Below the pieces are notes generated by a model that worked only from the letters and a program-made list of their open reading frames with translations, did not search any database and had not been told where the DNA came from. A stretch of DNA of 62,772 nt, the filler included, from Candidatus Tectimicrobiota bacterium (GTDB lineage: Bacteria; JACPSX01): assembly GCA_016193065.1 (NCBI GenBank). It is 9 parts of 9 records of this genome, joined end to end, with 100 filler letters (N's around TTAATTAATTAA, not from the genome) between each part and the next. Parts side by side here need not be neighbours in the genome. Positions count along the whole stretch, not along the records: positions 1 to 18,728 come from JACPSX010000287.1; positions 18,829 to 30,282 come from JACPSX010000288.1; 7 more parts are not named here. One strand, written 5' to 3'. The position numbers were made by a program, and so were the translations under genes. Shown in pieces: positions 9,943-22,608 of the stretch; the stretch's first letter is position 1; each line of letters opens with the position of its first letter.

Positions 9943-11112
9943 ATGAGCACCAAACTTCGCCTGGCTCTCACCTTTCTCCTCCCCCTGGTCGCCCTGGGGA
10001 TACTGGTCGCTTTCCTGCTAACCCGCGGCCATACGCTGCTGGGAAGCCCCGTGCCCCCCGTGGAGAAGCTCACGATCACCCGGGCTCTGTTCCGGCCTCA
10101 GGTCATCGAGGTCCGTGTCCTCAACAACGGACCGATCCCGGCCTCCGTTGCCCAGGTGACGGTCAATGAAGCCCTGTGGGACTTCTCCATCACTCCCAAC
10201 CCGACTATGCCCCGACTCGGTCAGGCAGTCATCTCGATCCCTTACCCCTGGGTGGCCGGCGAGCCCCACAACATCGCGATCATCACCGCCACGGGCCTGA
10301 AGTTCCAGAAGCAGGTGGAAATCGCCGCGCCGGCTCCCTCCCCTTCACCGGGCGCCTTCGGGCTCTTTGCTCTCCTGGGGGTGTACGTGGGGGTGATCCC
10401 CGTGTTTCTGGGGCTCCTCTGGTTCCCGTTCTTGAAGCGGCTGGGGGACCAGTGGCTCGATTTTTTCATGAGCCTCACGGCGGGGCTGCTCATCTTCCTG
10501 GGTCTGGATGCTCTGAAAGAGGCCTTCGAGGTCTCGGGGCGGATCCCCGACCTCTTCCAAGGGGTCGCCATCATCGCGGCGGGCACGGCGGGAAGCTTCC
10601 TGCTGCTGATTGCCATCTCCCAGAAGCTGAGCAAGAGGCTCCCCTCGGGCTCCGCCGGGTTTCTGCTGGCTTACATGATCTCCATCGGGATCGGCCTGCA
10701 CAACCTGGGGGAAGGGCTGGCCATCGGGGCGGCCTACGTCCTCGGCGAGGTGGCCCTGGGGGCTTTCCTGGTCATCGGCTTCACGATCCACAACACGACG
10801 GAAGGGCTGGCCATCGTGTCCCCCCTGGCGCAGAGCAAACCGCCCCTGCGGCATTTCCTGTGGCTCGGACTCATTGCCGGCGCACCGACCATCCTGGGAA
10901 GTTGGATCGGCGGCTTTACTTATTCGGATCCCGCCTCCGTCCTGTTTCTCAGCATCGGAGCCGGAGCCATCTTCCAGGTGGTCCGGGAAGTCATCCGTTA
11001 CCGGGCGCGGGGCGCACCGGTCCTCCAAGCCCTGGGCACTCCGGTGAATTTCTCCGGCCTCCTGTGTGGCTTCCTTCTTATGTACGTGACCAGCCTCTTC
11101 GTGGCCGCCTAG
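9943..11112 (+). CDS. ZIP-family metal transporter with N-terminal extracytoplasmic domain
   Basis: GIGLHNLGEGLAIG and TIHNTTEG motifs; multiple TM helices. Confidence 0.88.
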   Translation: MSTKLRLALTFLLPLVALGILVAFLLTRGHTLLGSPVPPVEKLTITRALFRPQVIEVRVLNNGPIPASVAQVTVNEALWDFSITPNPTMPRLGQAVISIPYPWVAGEPHNIAIITATGLKFQKQVEIAAPAPSPSPGAFGLFALLGVYVGVIPVFLGLLWFPFLKRLGDQWLDFFMSLTAGLLIFLGLDALKEAFEVSGRIPDLFQGVAIIAAGTAGSFLLLIAISQKLSKRLPSGSAGFLLAYMISIGIGLHNLGEGLAIGAAYVLGEVALGAFLVIGFTIHNTTEGLAIVSPLAQSKPPLRHFLWLGLIAGAPTILGSWIGGFTYSDPASVLFLSIGAGAIFQVVREVIRYRARGAPVLQALGTPVNFSGLLCGFLLMYVTSLFVAA

Positions 11113-11825
11113 CATAGTTCTGAACTAAGCCTGAGGAATCGGCGGGCGTCCTCAAGCATGGTGACATTGTTGAACAGGCAGTACACGTCGCCGGGACCGG
11201 CACAGAGCGCCCGCAGATTTTGTAAATCCTCGTCCGTAAATTGATAGCGATAGCCCGTGACGCCATGGAGGCGGAAATAGCGAATTTTCCCCCAGGTAGC
11301 TGTCCCCTTAAAGGGATCCACGCAGTGAATGAGGTTAAGTTCCTCGCAAAGGGTCCGGACCTCTTCCGGTTTCCAATCCCCCCGCGGCTCCCAGGCAAAG
11401 AGGAGGTCCGTGCGGGAAACCGTCTGGAAAAAGCTCATCAGGTTCTGCTTGTTTTCTGCCGTGGGCTTGAAGGAGGCCGGACACTGAAAAACAATGACTT
11501 TGGATTTGAGAACCCGGACAATCTCTTCAGTACGCTCCCAGGCGCGCAAGACTTCACGTGTGGGCTTGAAGCTGCCGCACCGTTCCAGGCTGGCCTGGGG
11601 AATCTTCTCCGTGAGACGCCGGTAGGTCGGACTGGAGAATTCGTGGGTGATGAGCTGCCAAGCTTTCAGCGTGAACTCAAAGTTCTCCGGCGCTTTCTCC
11701 CTCCAGCCTCGCGCGGTTTCCAGCCTCGGCGGCTGGTAGAACGTGATCTGAATTTCGATCACGGGGAATTCCTCAAAATATTTTCTCTGGGTTTCCCCGA
11801 AGCCGCAGCAGCCAACCTTGATCAT
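11109..11825 (-). CDS. DUF72-domain protein
   Basis: IKVGCCG, IEIQITFY, FTLKAWQLITH, FQCPASF, YFRLHG and LFNN motifs. Confidence 0.88.
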   Translation of the reverse strand: MIKVGCCGFGETQRKYFEEFPVIEIQITFYQPPRLETARGWREKAPENFEFTLKAWQLITHEFSSPTYRRLTEKIPQASLERCGSFKPTREVLRAWERTEEIVRVLKSKVIVFQCPASFKPTAENKQNLMSFFQTVSRTDLLFAWEPRGDWKPEEVRTLCEELNLIHCVDPFKGTATWGKIRYFRLHGVTGYRYQFTDEDLQNLRALCAGPGDVYCLFNNVTMLEDARRFLRLSSELC

Positions 11826-11834
11826 TCGTGGCGT

Positions 11835-14288
11835 CTAGCTCCACAGCTCCACCAGCGTCACCCCATCCCCTCCCTCTTGCGGCTCGCCGGGCCGGAACCG
11901 GCGGACATACGGAGAAGTTTCCAGGTAGCGCCGGAGGGAAGCTTTCAGGGCACCGGTGCCGTGGCCATGAATCAGGTAGACGTGGGAAAGATGGTTCAAG
12001 ATGGCCCGGTCCAGGTACTTCTCCGCCTCATCGAGAGCCTCGTCGACTCTAAGGCCTCTCAAATCGCAGGTGTTCTCCGAGCGGGGGAGGTGGACCTCCA
12101 CCTCATCGACGGCCTCGGTTAAATTCCTTCCCGCCGTCGAACGGAGCTTGGCAGATCTCATGGGCTTTGAAGATCCGGAGGGAACACTGCGGCTGTGCCA
12201 GGGCCGCAGATTGTCCGCTCCCACCGTCATCTTCACCTGCCCCACCTGAACCTGGACCCGGCTGGACCGGGTGGGATCCTCCAAAAGAATCCCCTTTTGT
12301 CCCAGAGAGATTACTTCCACCTCTTCTCCCGGGCGGCAAGGCAGAGGGGCACTACTCTCAGACACCTGGGGAGGGAGGAGATCCTTCACAACCTCCTGGA
12401 TCCCGGATCTGACTTGGTTCTCTAAACGGTCTAGAGACCGTTTGGCCTCCCGGAGCCGCTCCAGGCGCCTGTCCTTCTTGGCCTCGTCCAGGATGGTCTC
12501 GATCTCTCCCTTCGCGTTGGAGACCAGGGAGGTGATCTCCCGCAAAGAGCGGTTGAGAATTTCTCTCTTCTCTTCTTTCAGACCCGCCAGCCTTTCCTGG
12601 TATTCCCCGTGCATTGTTTCGGCCTCTTTCCTGAGCCGTTCCAGGAGCTTTTGCTCATCAGACAGGACCAAGCGCCGTTTCTCCAGATCCTCCAGCAGGA
12701 CTTCCAGACTCGCCTGTTCTTCGCCCAGGAGATCCTTGGCCCTTCTGTACGCTTCGGAGGAGAGACCCAATCTGTGAGCAATCTCCATCCCGAAGCTGCG
12801 GCCGGGGACCCCCAGTTCCAGGCGATAGGTTGGACGCAGATCCGTCGTGTGGAATTCCATGCCGGCGTTGGCAAAGCGAGAGTCCCGGATGGGCAGGGCT
12901 TTGAGCTGTCCATAATGGGTGGTGGCCAGAACCAGGGCACCCCGATCCACGAACTGCTCCAAAACGGCCTGAGCCAGGGACGCCCCTTCGTGCGGGTCCG
13001 TGGAGGTGGCCACCTCGTCCAGGAGGACCAGCGCCCCCGGTCCGGCATGATGCAGGATCTCGATCATGTTCAGCAGGTGAGCGGAGAAAGTGGACAGATT
13101 GCTCTCGATGCTCTGCTGGTCCCCGATGTCGGCGTAGATGCCCGAAAAGATCGCCATCTCGGAACCAGGGGCCGCGGCAAGATGGAGGCCGGCCCGCACC
13201 ATCAGCGCGCATAGACCCATGGTCTTCAGGGTGATCGTCTTGCCGCCCGCATTGGGACCGGTGATGATCAGGGCCTGGAACTCCCGCCCCAGGCAAAGAA
13301 CGTTGGGCACCACATCCTCCCGGGCCAAGGCCAGCAAGGGGTGGCGGACGTCCAGGAGTCTTACACGCCCCCGCGCGTTTACGGCGGGCGCACATCCCTT
13401 CATGATCTGACTGAGCCGGGCCTTGCTGTTCACAAGGTCCACCCGCGCCAGGATCTGCAGATCGGCGAGGATTTCGCCGGCATGATCGGCCACCAGGATA
13501 GAGAGTTCTTTCAGGATCCGATAAACTTCGCGGTCCAGCTCCAGCTCAGCCATCTTGAGCTGGTTGTTTCGCTCCACCAGGCTCTGGGGTTCGATAAAGA
13601 CGGTAGCGCCGCTCAGAGAGGAATCGTGCACAATCCCCGGCACGCGGCTGCGGGCTTCGGCCTTCACCGGGATGACATACCGGTTGGCCCGGATCGTGTA
13701 ATAGTTGTCCTGGAGCTCCTGGGCATACGATGGATCATTCAGGATGGACTCCAGATGATCCTTGATCTGTTGATGGAGGAGGCGGACCTGGCGGCGCCGG
13801 GAGCGCAGCACAGGACTGGCGTCGTCGGACAGGTTCCCGCTCGGATCGAAGCTGCGGGCTATGCAGTCGGCCAGCTCGTTGAGATCAGACAGGGGCCCGG
13901 TCAGACGGGAAAGGAGCGGGCAGACGTTTCTCCTCTGCTGAAAGAAGGATTTCAGGCGAGCACCGGCCCGCAGGGTCTCGCCGACAGCAATGAGATCCTT
14001 GGGCTCCAGAACCGCCTCTTTGGCTGCCCTCTCCAGAACCTCCCTCAGATCATGAATGCCAGCCAGAGGAATGTCCCCTTCTTCCTCCAGCAGATCTTTG
14101 CACTCCGTGGTTTCCTGGAGACCTGCGCTGATCGTCGCTTCATCATCCGCCAGAGGGAGGTTGCGACAGAACTCCTTGCCCGGGACCGAGGTTGCGAGAT
14201 CGGCCAGCTTCTCCTTGAGCTTGGGCCATTCGAGCGCCTCCCAGGATCTCTCCTGGAGTGTCTTGGTCATCCCATCCATGCCTATCAA
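11835..14288 (-). CDS. mutS2: MutS2 (Smr-domain endonuclease/ribosome collision factor); start may be ATG 14279 or 14270
   Basis: TGPNAGGKT Walker A; LSTFSAH, LLDE and ATTHY; C-terminal Smr DLRG...IHGHGTG. Confidence 0.95.
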   Translation of the reverse strand: MIGMDGMTKTLQERSWEALEWPKLKEKLADLATSVPGKEFCRNLPLADDEATISAGLQETTECKDLLEEEGDIPLAGIHDLREVLERAAKEAVLEPKDLIAVGETLRAGARLKSFFQQRRNVCPLLSRLTGPLSDLNELADCIARSFDPSGNLSDDASPVLRSRRRQVRLLHQQIKDHLESILNDPSYAQELQDNYYTIRANRYVIPVKAEARSRVPGIVHDSSLSGATVFIEPQSLVERNNQLKMAELELDREVYRILKELSILVADHAGEILADLQILARVDLVNSKARLSQIMKGCAPAVNARGRVRLLDVRHPLLALAREDVVPNVLCLGREFQALIITGPNAGGKTITLKTMGLCALMVRAGLHLAAAPGSEMAIFSGIYADIGDQQSIESNLSTFSAHLLNMIEILHHAGPGALVLLDEVATSTDPHEGASLAQAVLEQFVDRGALVLATTHYGQLKALPIRDSRFANAGMEFHTTDLRPTYRLELGVPGRSFGMEIAHRLGLSSEAYRRAKDLLGEEQASLEVLLEDLEKRRLVLSDEQKLLERLRKEAETMHGEYQERLAGLKEEKREILNRSLREITSLVSNAKGEIETILDEAKKDRRLERLREAKRSLDRLENQVRSGIQEVVKDLLPPQVSESSAPLPCRPGEEVEVISLGQKGILLEDPTRSSRVQVQVGQVKMTVGADNLRPWHSRSVPSGSSKPMRSAKLRSTAGRNLTEAVDEVEVHLPRSENTCDLRGLRVDEALDEAEKYLDRAILNHLSHVYLIHGHGTGALKASLRRYLETSPYVRRFRPGEPQEGGDGVTLVELWS

Positions 14289-14540
14289 ACAAACTCCCTC
14301 ATGCTCTTTAACGTATGGAAGAAAGCTCCACGACGATCCATCGCGCCGGTGGATCTATTGGAACTCATTGTATCTTATCACGGCGTGCTGTCCGTGTGCG
14401 GGGAAGATCCCGGATTTAGGGCTGGCAAGGACTTTTCACTGGGAAAGCAATCGGGGCCCTTTTACCCCTTTACTGGCTTTGCGAAAAAGAGGTAGAGGGC
14501 CCCGGTTCGGATCGAAATGTGTCAGCGGAAGGCGATCCCT

Positions 14541-15365
14541 CTAGGCACTATCCCCTCTCGGTTGGGCAGCCGCATGCTCTCCAGGCTTGCGGGCCGTTAC
14601 GATGATCGAGTAGACCAGCTCGGCGTGGCGGTGAGGCGGCACCACCTCCCGCAGGAAGTCGAGAAACTCCGTGGCGAAAAGCGGATAGCAGGCCAGTTCG
14701 GCCAGGCCAAAGGGTTTTCGCTCCAGCACCTGAATCTCTTCAAATCCGACGTTGAAAAACTTCTTCAGCAGCACTGGCTCCACCAGTGTTCCTGCCAGTC
14801 ACCCCGCCAGGGCCGCCGGGCTCTTGAGGACCGGCTCCGGCAGAGTCTCGGTCAGGACGAGGTCCGAAATCGAAACCCGCCCGCCAGGGCGAAGCACCCG
14901 TATCATTTCCGCCAGGGCGCGGCTCTTGCGCGTTGACAGATTGAGTACCCCATTGGAGATGATCACATCCACGGAGGCATCGGAGAGCGGGATCTCTTCC
15001 ATCATCCCTTCCCGAAGTTCCACGTTCGTAAGGCCCATGAGAGCGGTGTGTTTCTGCGCCCGCTCGAGCATCTTCGGAGTCATGTCAAGGCCGATGGCCT
15101 TCCCCTGAGGGCCTACGGCCATGGCCGCCAGAAGCGTGTCAATCCCGCCCCCACACCCCAGGTCGAGCACCACCTGGCCCGGCTTAAGGCCCGCATGGCG
15201 CACCGGGTGTGCGACCCCTAGAGCCAGCTCGACTGCCCCTCGAGGCAGTCGGGCCAACTCTTCGGGAGCATAAAGGGCCTCGGCTACAGCGGCCCCGTCG
15301 GACTGAACCTGTCCGTAGGTTTCGCGGATGATCGATCGGGCATCCGCTTCACTGAAATAAGGCAT
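14541..15365 (-). CDS. ArsM-like SAM-dependent methyltransferase, predicted selenoprotein (274 aa, Sec189)
   Basis: ORFs 14799-15365 and 14541-14783 are in one frame and separated only by TGA 14799-14801. Read-through gives ALAG-U-LAGTL, the ArsM GC[IV]AGAL motif; also VLDLGCGGG, VIISNGVLNL and terminal ARKP. Confidence 0.85.
14766..14798 (-). promoter_or_regulatory. Bacterial SECIS-like hairpin immediately 3' of the UGA
   Basis: mRNA UGA-C-UGGCAG-GAA-CACUGG-UGGAG-CCAGUG-CUGCUG: two stems, G-containing apical loop 16 nt after the UGA. Confidence 0.75.
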
Positions 15366-15392
15366 GGTGTTCCCCCTCTGCGACGAATCCCC

Positions 15393-15626
15393 TTAGGGAC
15401 GGTTCAAGGCCTGACGGATCCGCTCTTGCAGCCCCGATGGCAGCGAGGCCTCCGGCAGGCGGTTCTTGACAAAGGCGTCAAGCTGGCGGCTGAACGCCAG
15501 CTTATCGCAGCATGACAGACACTCCTGGAGGTGGGCCTCAAGATCCTCAAGCGACTCTCCGGAGAGGGCCCGGTCCAGGTACGCAAAGAACTGTTGCATG
15601 GCTTCTCCACAAGTCATTGGCTTCAT
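15393..15626 (-). CDS. Zinc-binding anti-sigma factor (ZAS/zf-HC2, RsrA/RshA-like)
   Basis: MKPMTC...HLQECLSCC (HxxxCxxC); soluble, 77 aa; ATGA overlap with the sigma stop. Confidence 0.9.
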   Translation of the reverse strand: MKPMTCGEAMQQFFAYLDRALSGESLEDLEAHLQECLSCCDKLAFSRQLDAFVKNRLPEASLPSGLQERIRQALNRP

Positions 15627-16234
15627 GTCTTCCACGTCCTCACTAGTCCACGCCGCTTGGCGCACTCCCACAACTCCCGCTCCAGGATCTTTCTCCCTCG
15701 GTGCAGGCGGGACATCACCGTGCCGACGGGACACCCCAAGACTTCCGCCAGATCCCGGTAACTCATCTCTTCTCCATAGAGCAGAACCAAAGGCAAACGG
15801 TAAACCTCAGGCAAGTGCAGCAAGGCCCTGCGTACCTCCTCATCCTCAAACTGTTTCAGAAAATCATCGTGGAGACAGTCCGAATAGGGGAAAGGATCTT
15901 CATCCCAGATCTGGTCATAGAGAGAGAACCAGTCCGGCTCTTTGGGATCCCCCATGGTAATTTCTCGAGTCTCGCTCCGGTGATGATCCATAACCAGGCG
16001 GCTCAGGATCTGGAAGAGCCACGACCGAACCCGCTCAGGTTGCCGCAATGTGGAGAAGGCCCGGAGCGCCTTAAGGTAGGTGTCTTGTACGAGGTCTTCC
16101 GCATCCTGTGAATCCCCTTTGAGGCGAACCGCTAATCGGTACAGGCTGTCAAGGTGTGGCAGCGTGAGCTCTTCGAACCGCTGTCTCTCCTGCGGATCGA
16201 GCGAGCTTGCCGTCCCTGTGTCCTGACCACCCAT
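15623..16234 (-). CDS. ECF sigma-70 factor (SigR/SigH-like)
   Basis: DAEDLVQDTYLKA region 2; MSYRDLAEVLGCPVGTVMSRLHRGR region 4. Confidence 0.93.
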   Translation of the reverse strand: MGGQDTGTASSLDPQERQRFEELTLPHLDSLYRLAVRLKGDSQDAEDLVQDTYLKALRAFSTLRQPERVRSWLFQILSRLVMDHHRSETREITMGDPKEPDWFSLYDQIWDEDPFPYSDCLHDDFLKQFEDEEVRRALLHLPEVYRLPLVLLYGEEMSYRDLAEVLGCPVGTVMSRLHRGRKILERELWECAKRRGLVRTWKT

Positions 16235-16295
16235 TCCCCCTCCCCTTTGTGCAGTTCAGGACCGCTCTGTTGGTTTTACTGCGTTTGCTTGTTAA

Positions 16296-16321
16296 GACGG
16301 TAAACCAGGAGGAAATATTCC
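16296..16321 (-). promoter_or_regulatory. Putative autoregulatory ECF promoter
   Basis: GGAAT-N18-GTC on the minus strand, close to the SigR/SigH consensus GGAAT-N18-GTT. Confidence 0.7.
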
Positions 16322-16476
16322 CGGCAAAACACGCTACCAGGGCCGGCCTGCCGCGTCAAGGCAAACCAACTTACGCCTTGACAAGGACTTAAAAGGGAAT
16401 AGCATATTATTTTCAATGGGTTGCTACTGGATCGATTCGACGGAGAATTGCCCAGATCCCATGAGAAGAAGGAATC

Positions 16477-18420
16477 ATGGCAAAGCGCAGTGACAAGAAA
16501 AACAGAAGGTTTTCCGCGACCTGGACCTGGGTGGGAGCGGCCCTGATCGTCGCCGCCTTGAGCGGAATCGCCACCGCCCTGACCTTGGGGCAGCTCAAGA
16601 CCGGTCTTCCGGATCTCAGGGTCCTGGAGGACTACCGCCCCATCACCACCAGCCGGTTTTACGCAGACGACGGCACGCTGATTGCCGAGCTGGCCAGCGA
16701 ACGCCGCATCCTGGTCTCCCTCGAGGACATCGCCCCGGAAGTGATTCAGGCCTTCATCGCAGTGGAGGACAAACGCTTCTTTGATCACAAGGGGATTGAT
16801 TTCAAGGCAGTAGTGCGGGCTACCATCAAGAACATTCTTTCCGCGAAGATCGTCGAGGGAGGAAGCACGATCACGCAGCAGGTGGCGAAAAATCTCTTCT
16901 TGAGCCAGAACCGCACCTTGAAGCGCAAGGTCAAGGAAGCCCTCCTGGCCCTGGAGATCGAGCGGCGCTACTCCAAGCGGGAGATCCTGCGCGTGTATCT
17001 GAACCATATCTACTTCGGCTATGGAGCTTACGGGGTCGAGGAAGCCGGCCGCACCTACTTCGGGAAATCGGCCCGGGAACTGACCCTGGCAGAGGCGGCA
17101 GCCCTGGCCGCACTCCCGCGCTCTCCAAAACGGTATTCCTATTTCAACAACCCCAAAGTGGCCCGGGAGAGACGCAATTTCGTTCTCGATCGCATGGTCA
17201 ACGTTGGGTTTATCACGCGCCAGCAAGCCGAAACCGCCAAGAAAGAGCGCTTTACTTTGAAAGCCCCCATCCGGGTGGCGAACACAGCTCCCTATTTCAT
17301 CGAGGAGATCCGCCGCTACATCGAGCAACGCTACGGGGATGAAGCCCTGACCTACGAAGGGCTGCGCATCTACACGACTCTGAACTTGGCCATGCAGCAA
17401 GCAGCCAACGCAGCAATCGAACAGGGGCTCAGAACCCTTGAGGATGAGAAAGTCGTCGCTCCCGCCCGCAGCCACGCCCCTCTGCAAGCGGCTCTGCTCG
17501 CCATTGATCCGGCCAGCGGGGAAATCAAAGCCATGGTGGGAGGGCGGGACTACCGGAAGAGCGAATTTAACCGGGCCACCCAGGCCGAGCGCCAGCCGGG
17601 CTCGGCTTTCAAACCGATTGTCTACCTGACGGCCATGGAAGCGGGCTACACCCCCAGTTCCCAGTTTGAAGATTCACCGGTCACTTACCAGATCCAAGGC
17701 TTCGGGGAGTGGAGCCCCAAAAACTGGGACAACGCTTACCTGGGCCCCATCACACTGAAGACTGCCCTTTCCCGCTCCGTCAACGTCGTCTCCGTAAAAC
17801 TCCTGGATGCCGTCGGATCCGAAAAGGTGGTCGGGATGGGGCGCCGCCTGGGCATTGAAAGTCCCCTGAAGGCGAATCTCTCCCTGGCGCTGGGAACCTC
17901 CGAAGTCAACCTCCTGGAACTGACCAGCGCTTATTCGATTCTGGCCAACCGGGGCCGGCGGGCCCAGCCTTACATGATCCGCAGGATCGTGGATCAAGAG
18001 GGGAAAGTTCTGGAGACAAACCAGCCTCTGATGGTTTCCGTGGTGGATCCCAAGACGGCCTTTCTGGTGACTTCGATGCTCGAGAGCGCCGTCCTGGAAG
18101 GAACTGCGTCCCGGGCCCGGGAGCTGGGAAGACCTGCAGCCGCCAAGACCGGAACCACGAGCGACGCAGCCGACGCCTGGTTCATGGGGTTTACCCCCCA
18201 GCTTGCCGCGGGCGTCTGGGTGGGCTACGACGATCGCAGCCCCCTGGGAGCCCACGTGTTTGCCTCGAATGCCGCCGGCCCCATGTGGGTCCAATTCATG
18301 AAAAAGGCCTTGGCGGACATCGCCGCCGCGGATTTCATCCTTCCCGAGGAGTCACCCCCAAAACCGGACGGAGTCAATGGGGCAGGGCAAAACTCACTTC
18401 CAACCGCCGCCACCCCTTAA
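16477..18420 (+). CDS. Class A penicillin-binding protein (PBP1A family)
   Basis: N-terminal TM; EDKRFFDHKG and GGSTITQQ transglycosylase motifs; SAFK, SVN and KTG transpeptidase motifs. Confidence 0.95.
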   Translation: MAKRSDKKNRRFSATWTWVGAALIVAALSGIATALTLGQLKTGLPDLRVLEDYRPITTSRFYADDGTLIAELASERRILVSLEDIAPEVIQAFIAVEDKRFFDHKGIDFKAVVRATIKNILSAKIVEGGSTITQQVAKNLFLSQNRTLKRKVKEALLALEIERRYSKREILRVYLNHIYFGYGAYGVEEAGRTYFGKSARELTLAEAAALAALPRSPKRYSYFNNPKVARERRNFVLDRMVNVGFITRQQAETAKKERFTLKAPIRVANTAPYFIEEIRRYIEQRYGDEALTYEGLRIYTTLNLAMQQAANAAIEQGLRTLEDEKVVAPARSHAPLQAALLAIDPASGEIKAMVGGRDYRKSEFNRATQAERQPGSAFKPIVYLTAMEAGYTPSSQFEDSPVTYQIQGFGEWSPKNWDNAYLGPITLKTALSRSVNVVSVKLLDAVGSEKVVGMGRRLGIESPLKANLSLALGTSEVNLLELTSAYSILANRGRRAQPYMIRRIVDQEGKVLETNQPLMVSVVDPKTAFLVTSMLESAVLEGTASRARELGRPAAAKTGTTSDAADAWFMGFTPQLAAGVWVGYDDRSPLGAHVFASNAAGPMWVQFMKKALADIAAADFILPEESPPKPDGVNGAGQNSLPTAATP

Positions 18421-18490
18421 TGCTCCGATCTCCTCGTCCCTGGCTTCCCGATTCCCCGGAGCACTCATACCGAATCGGTAAAGGGCAATC

Positions 18491-18728
18491 ATGGCAAAGA
18501 AAACACACACCCGCACAAGAAACACCGCACCCGGGGTAAGCCGTTTCACCGATCACGACGTCTACCTGTTTAAGGAAGGAAGCCATTTTCAACTATACGA
18601 GAAGCTGGGCTCCCATCTCATGAACGCGGGCGGCACGGCGGGAACCTTCTTCGCCGTATGGGCTCCTAACGCCGAGAGAGTCTCGGTCATTGGCGACTTC
18701 AACGGATGGGACCCTGTCTCGAATCCCC
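18491..18728 (+). CDS. glgB: 1,4-alpha-glucan branching enzyme (3' truncated by contig end)
   Basis: [20 protein letters not shown] and [20 protein letters not shown]. Confidence 0.9.
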
Positions 18729-18828
18729 NNNNNNNNNNNNNNNNNNNNNNNNNNNNNNNNNNNNNNNNNNNNTTAATTAATTAANNNNNNNNNNNNNNNN
18801 NNNNNNNNNNNNNNNNNNNNNNNNNNNN
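18729..18828. other. Artificial contig spacer
   Basis: N run with central TTAATTAATTAA (stops in all six frames). Confidence 0.98.
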
Positions 18829-22369
<3,541 letters not shown>

Positions 22370-22381
22370 ATCTCACTCCCC

Positions 22382-22608
22382 CTAGTGCCGGTCCAATTAA
22401 CTTCGCCTAACTTCGTATCACCCACAAGGTGGGTACCCGCCCTCGCTCTCCCTGCGGCGTACTCCCTTGGTACGCCTCAGTCGGCTCCGGGTACCCGCGG
22501 CTCTGCCGTGGGTGTGCGCCTGCACCCATCTGCGATGGGTACCCGGCTCGTTCTTTGGCCCGGCACGCCGCGCGCTCTTTCAGGGCAAAATAGCTAGAAC
22601 AGCACTGG
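22382..22608. mobile_element. MITE-like element between rpoB and rpoC
   Basis: Imperfect terminal inverted repeats CTAGTGCCGGTCCAATT / AGCTAGAACAGCACTGG; internal hairpins; left end is 15/17 identical to a TIR of the 28418-28526 element. Confidence 0.6.
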
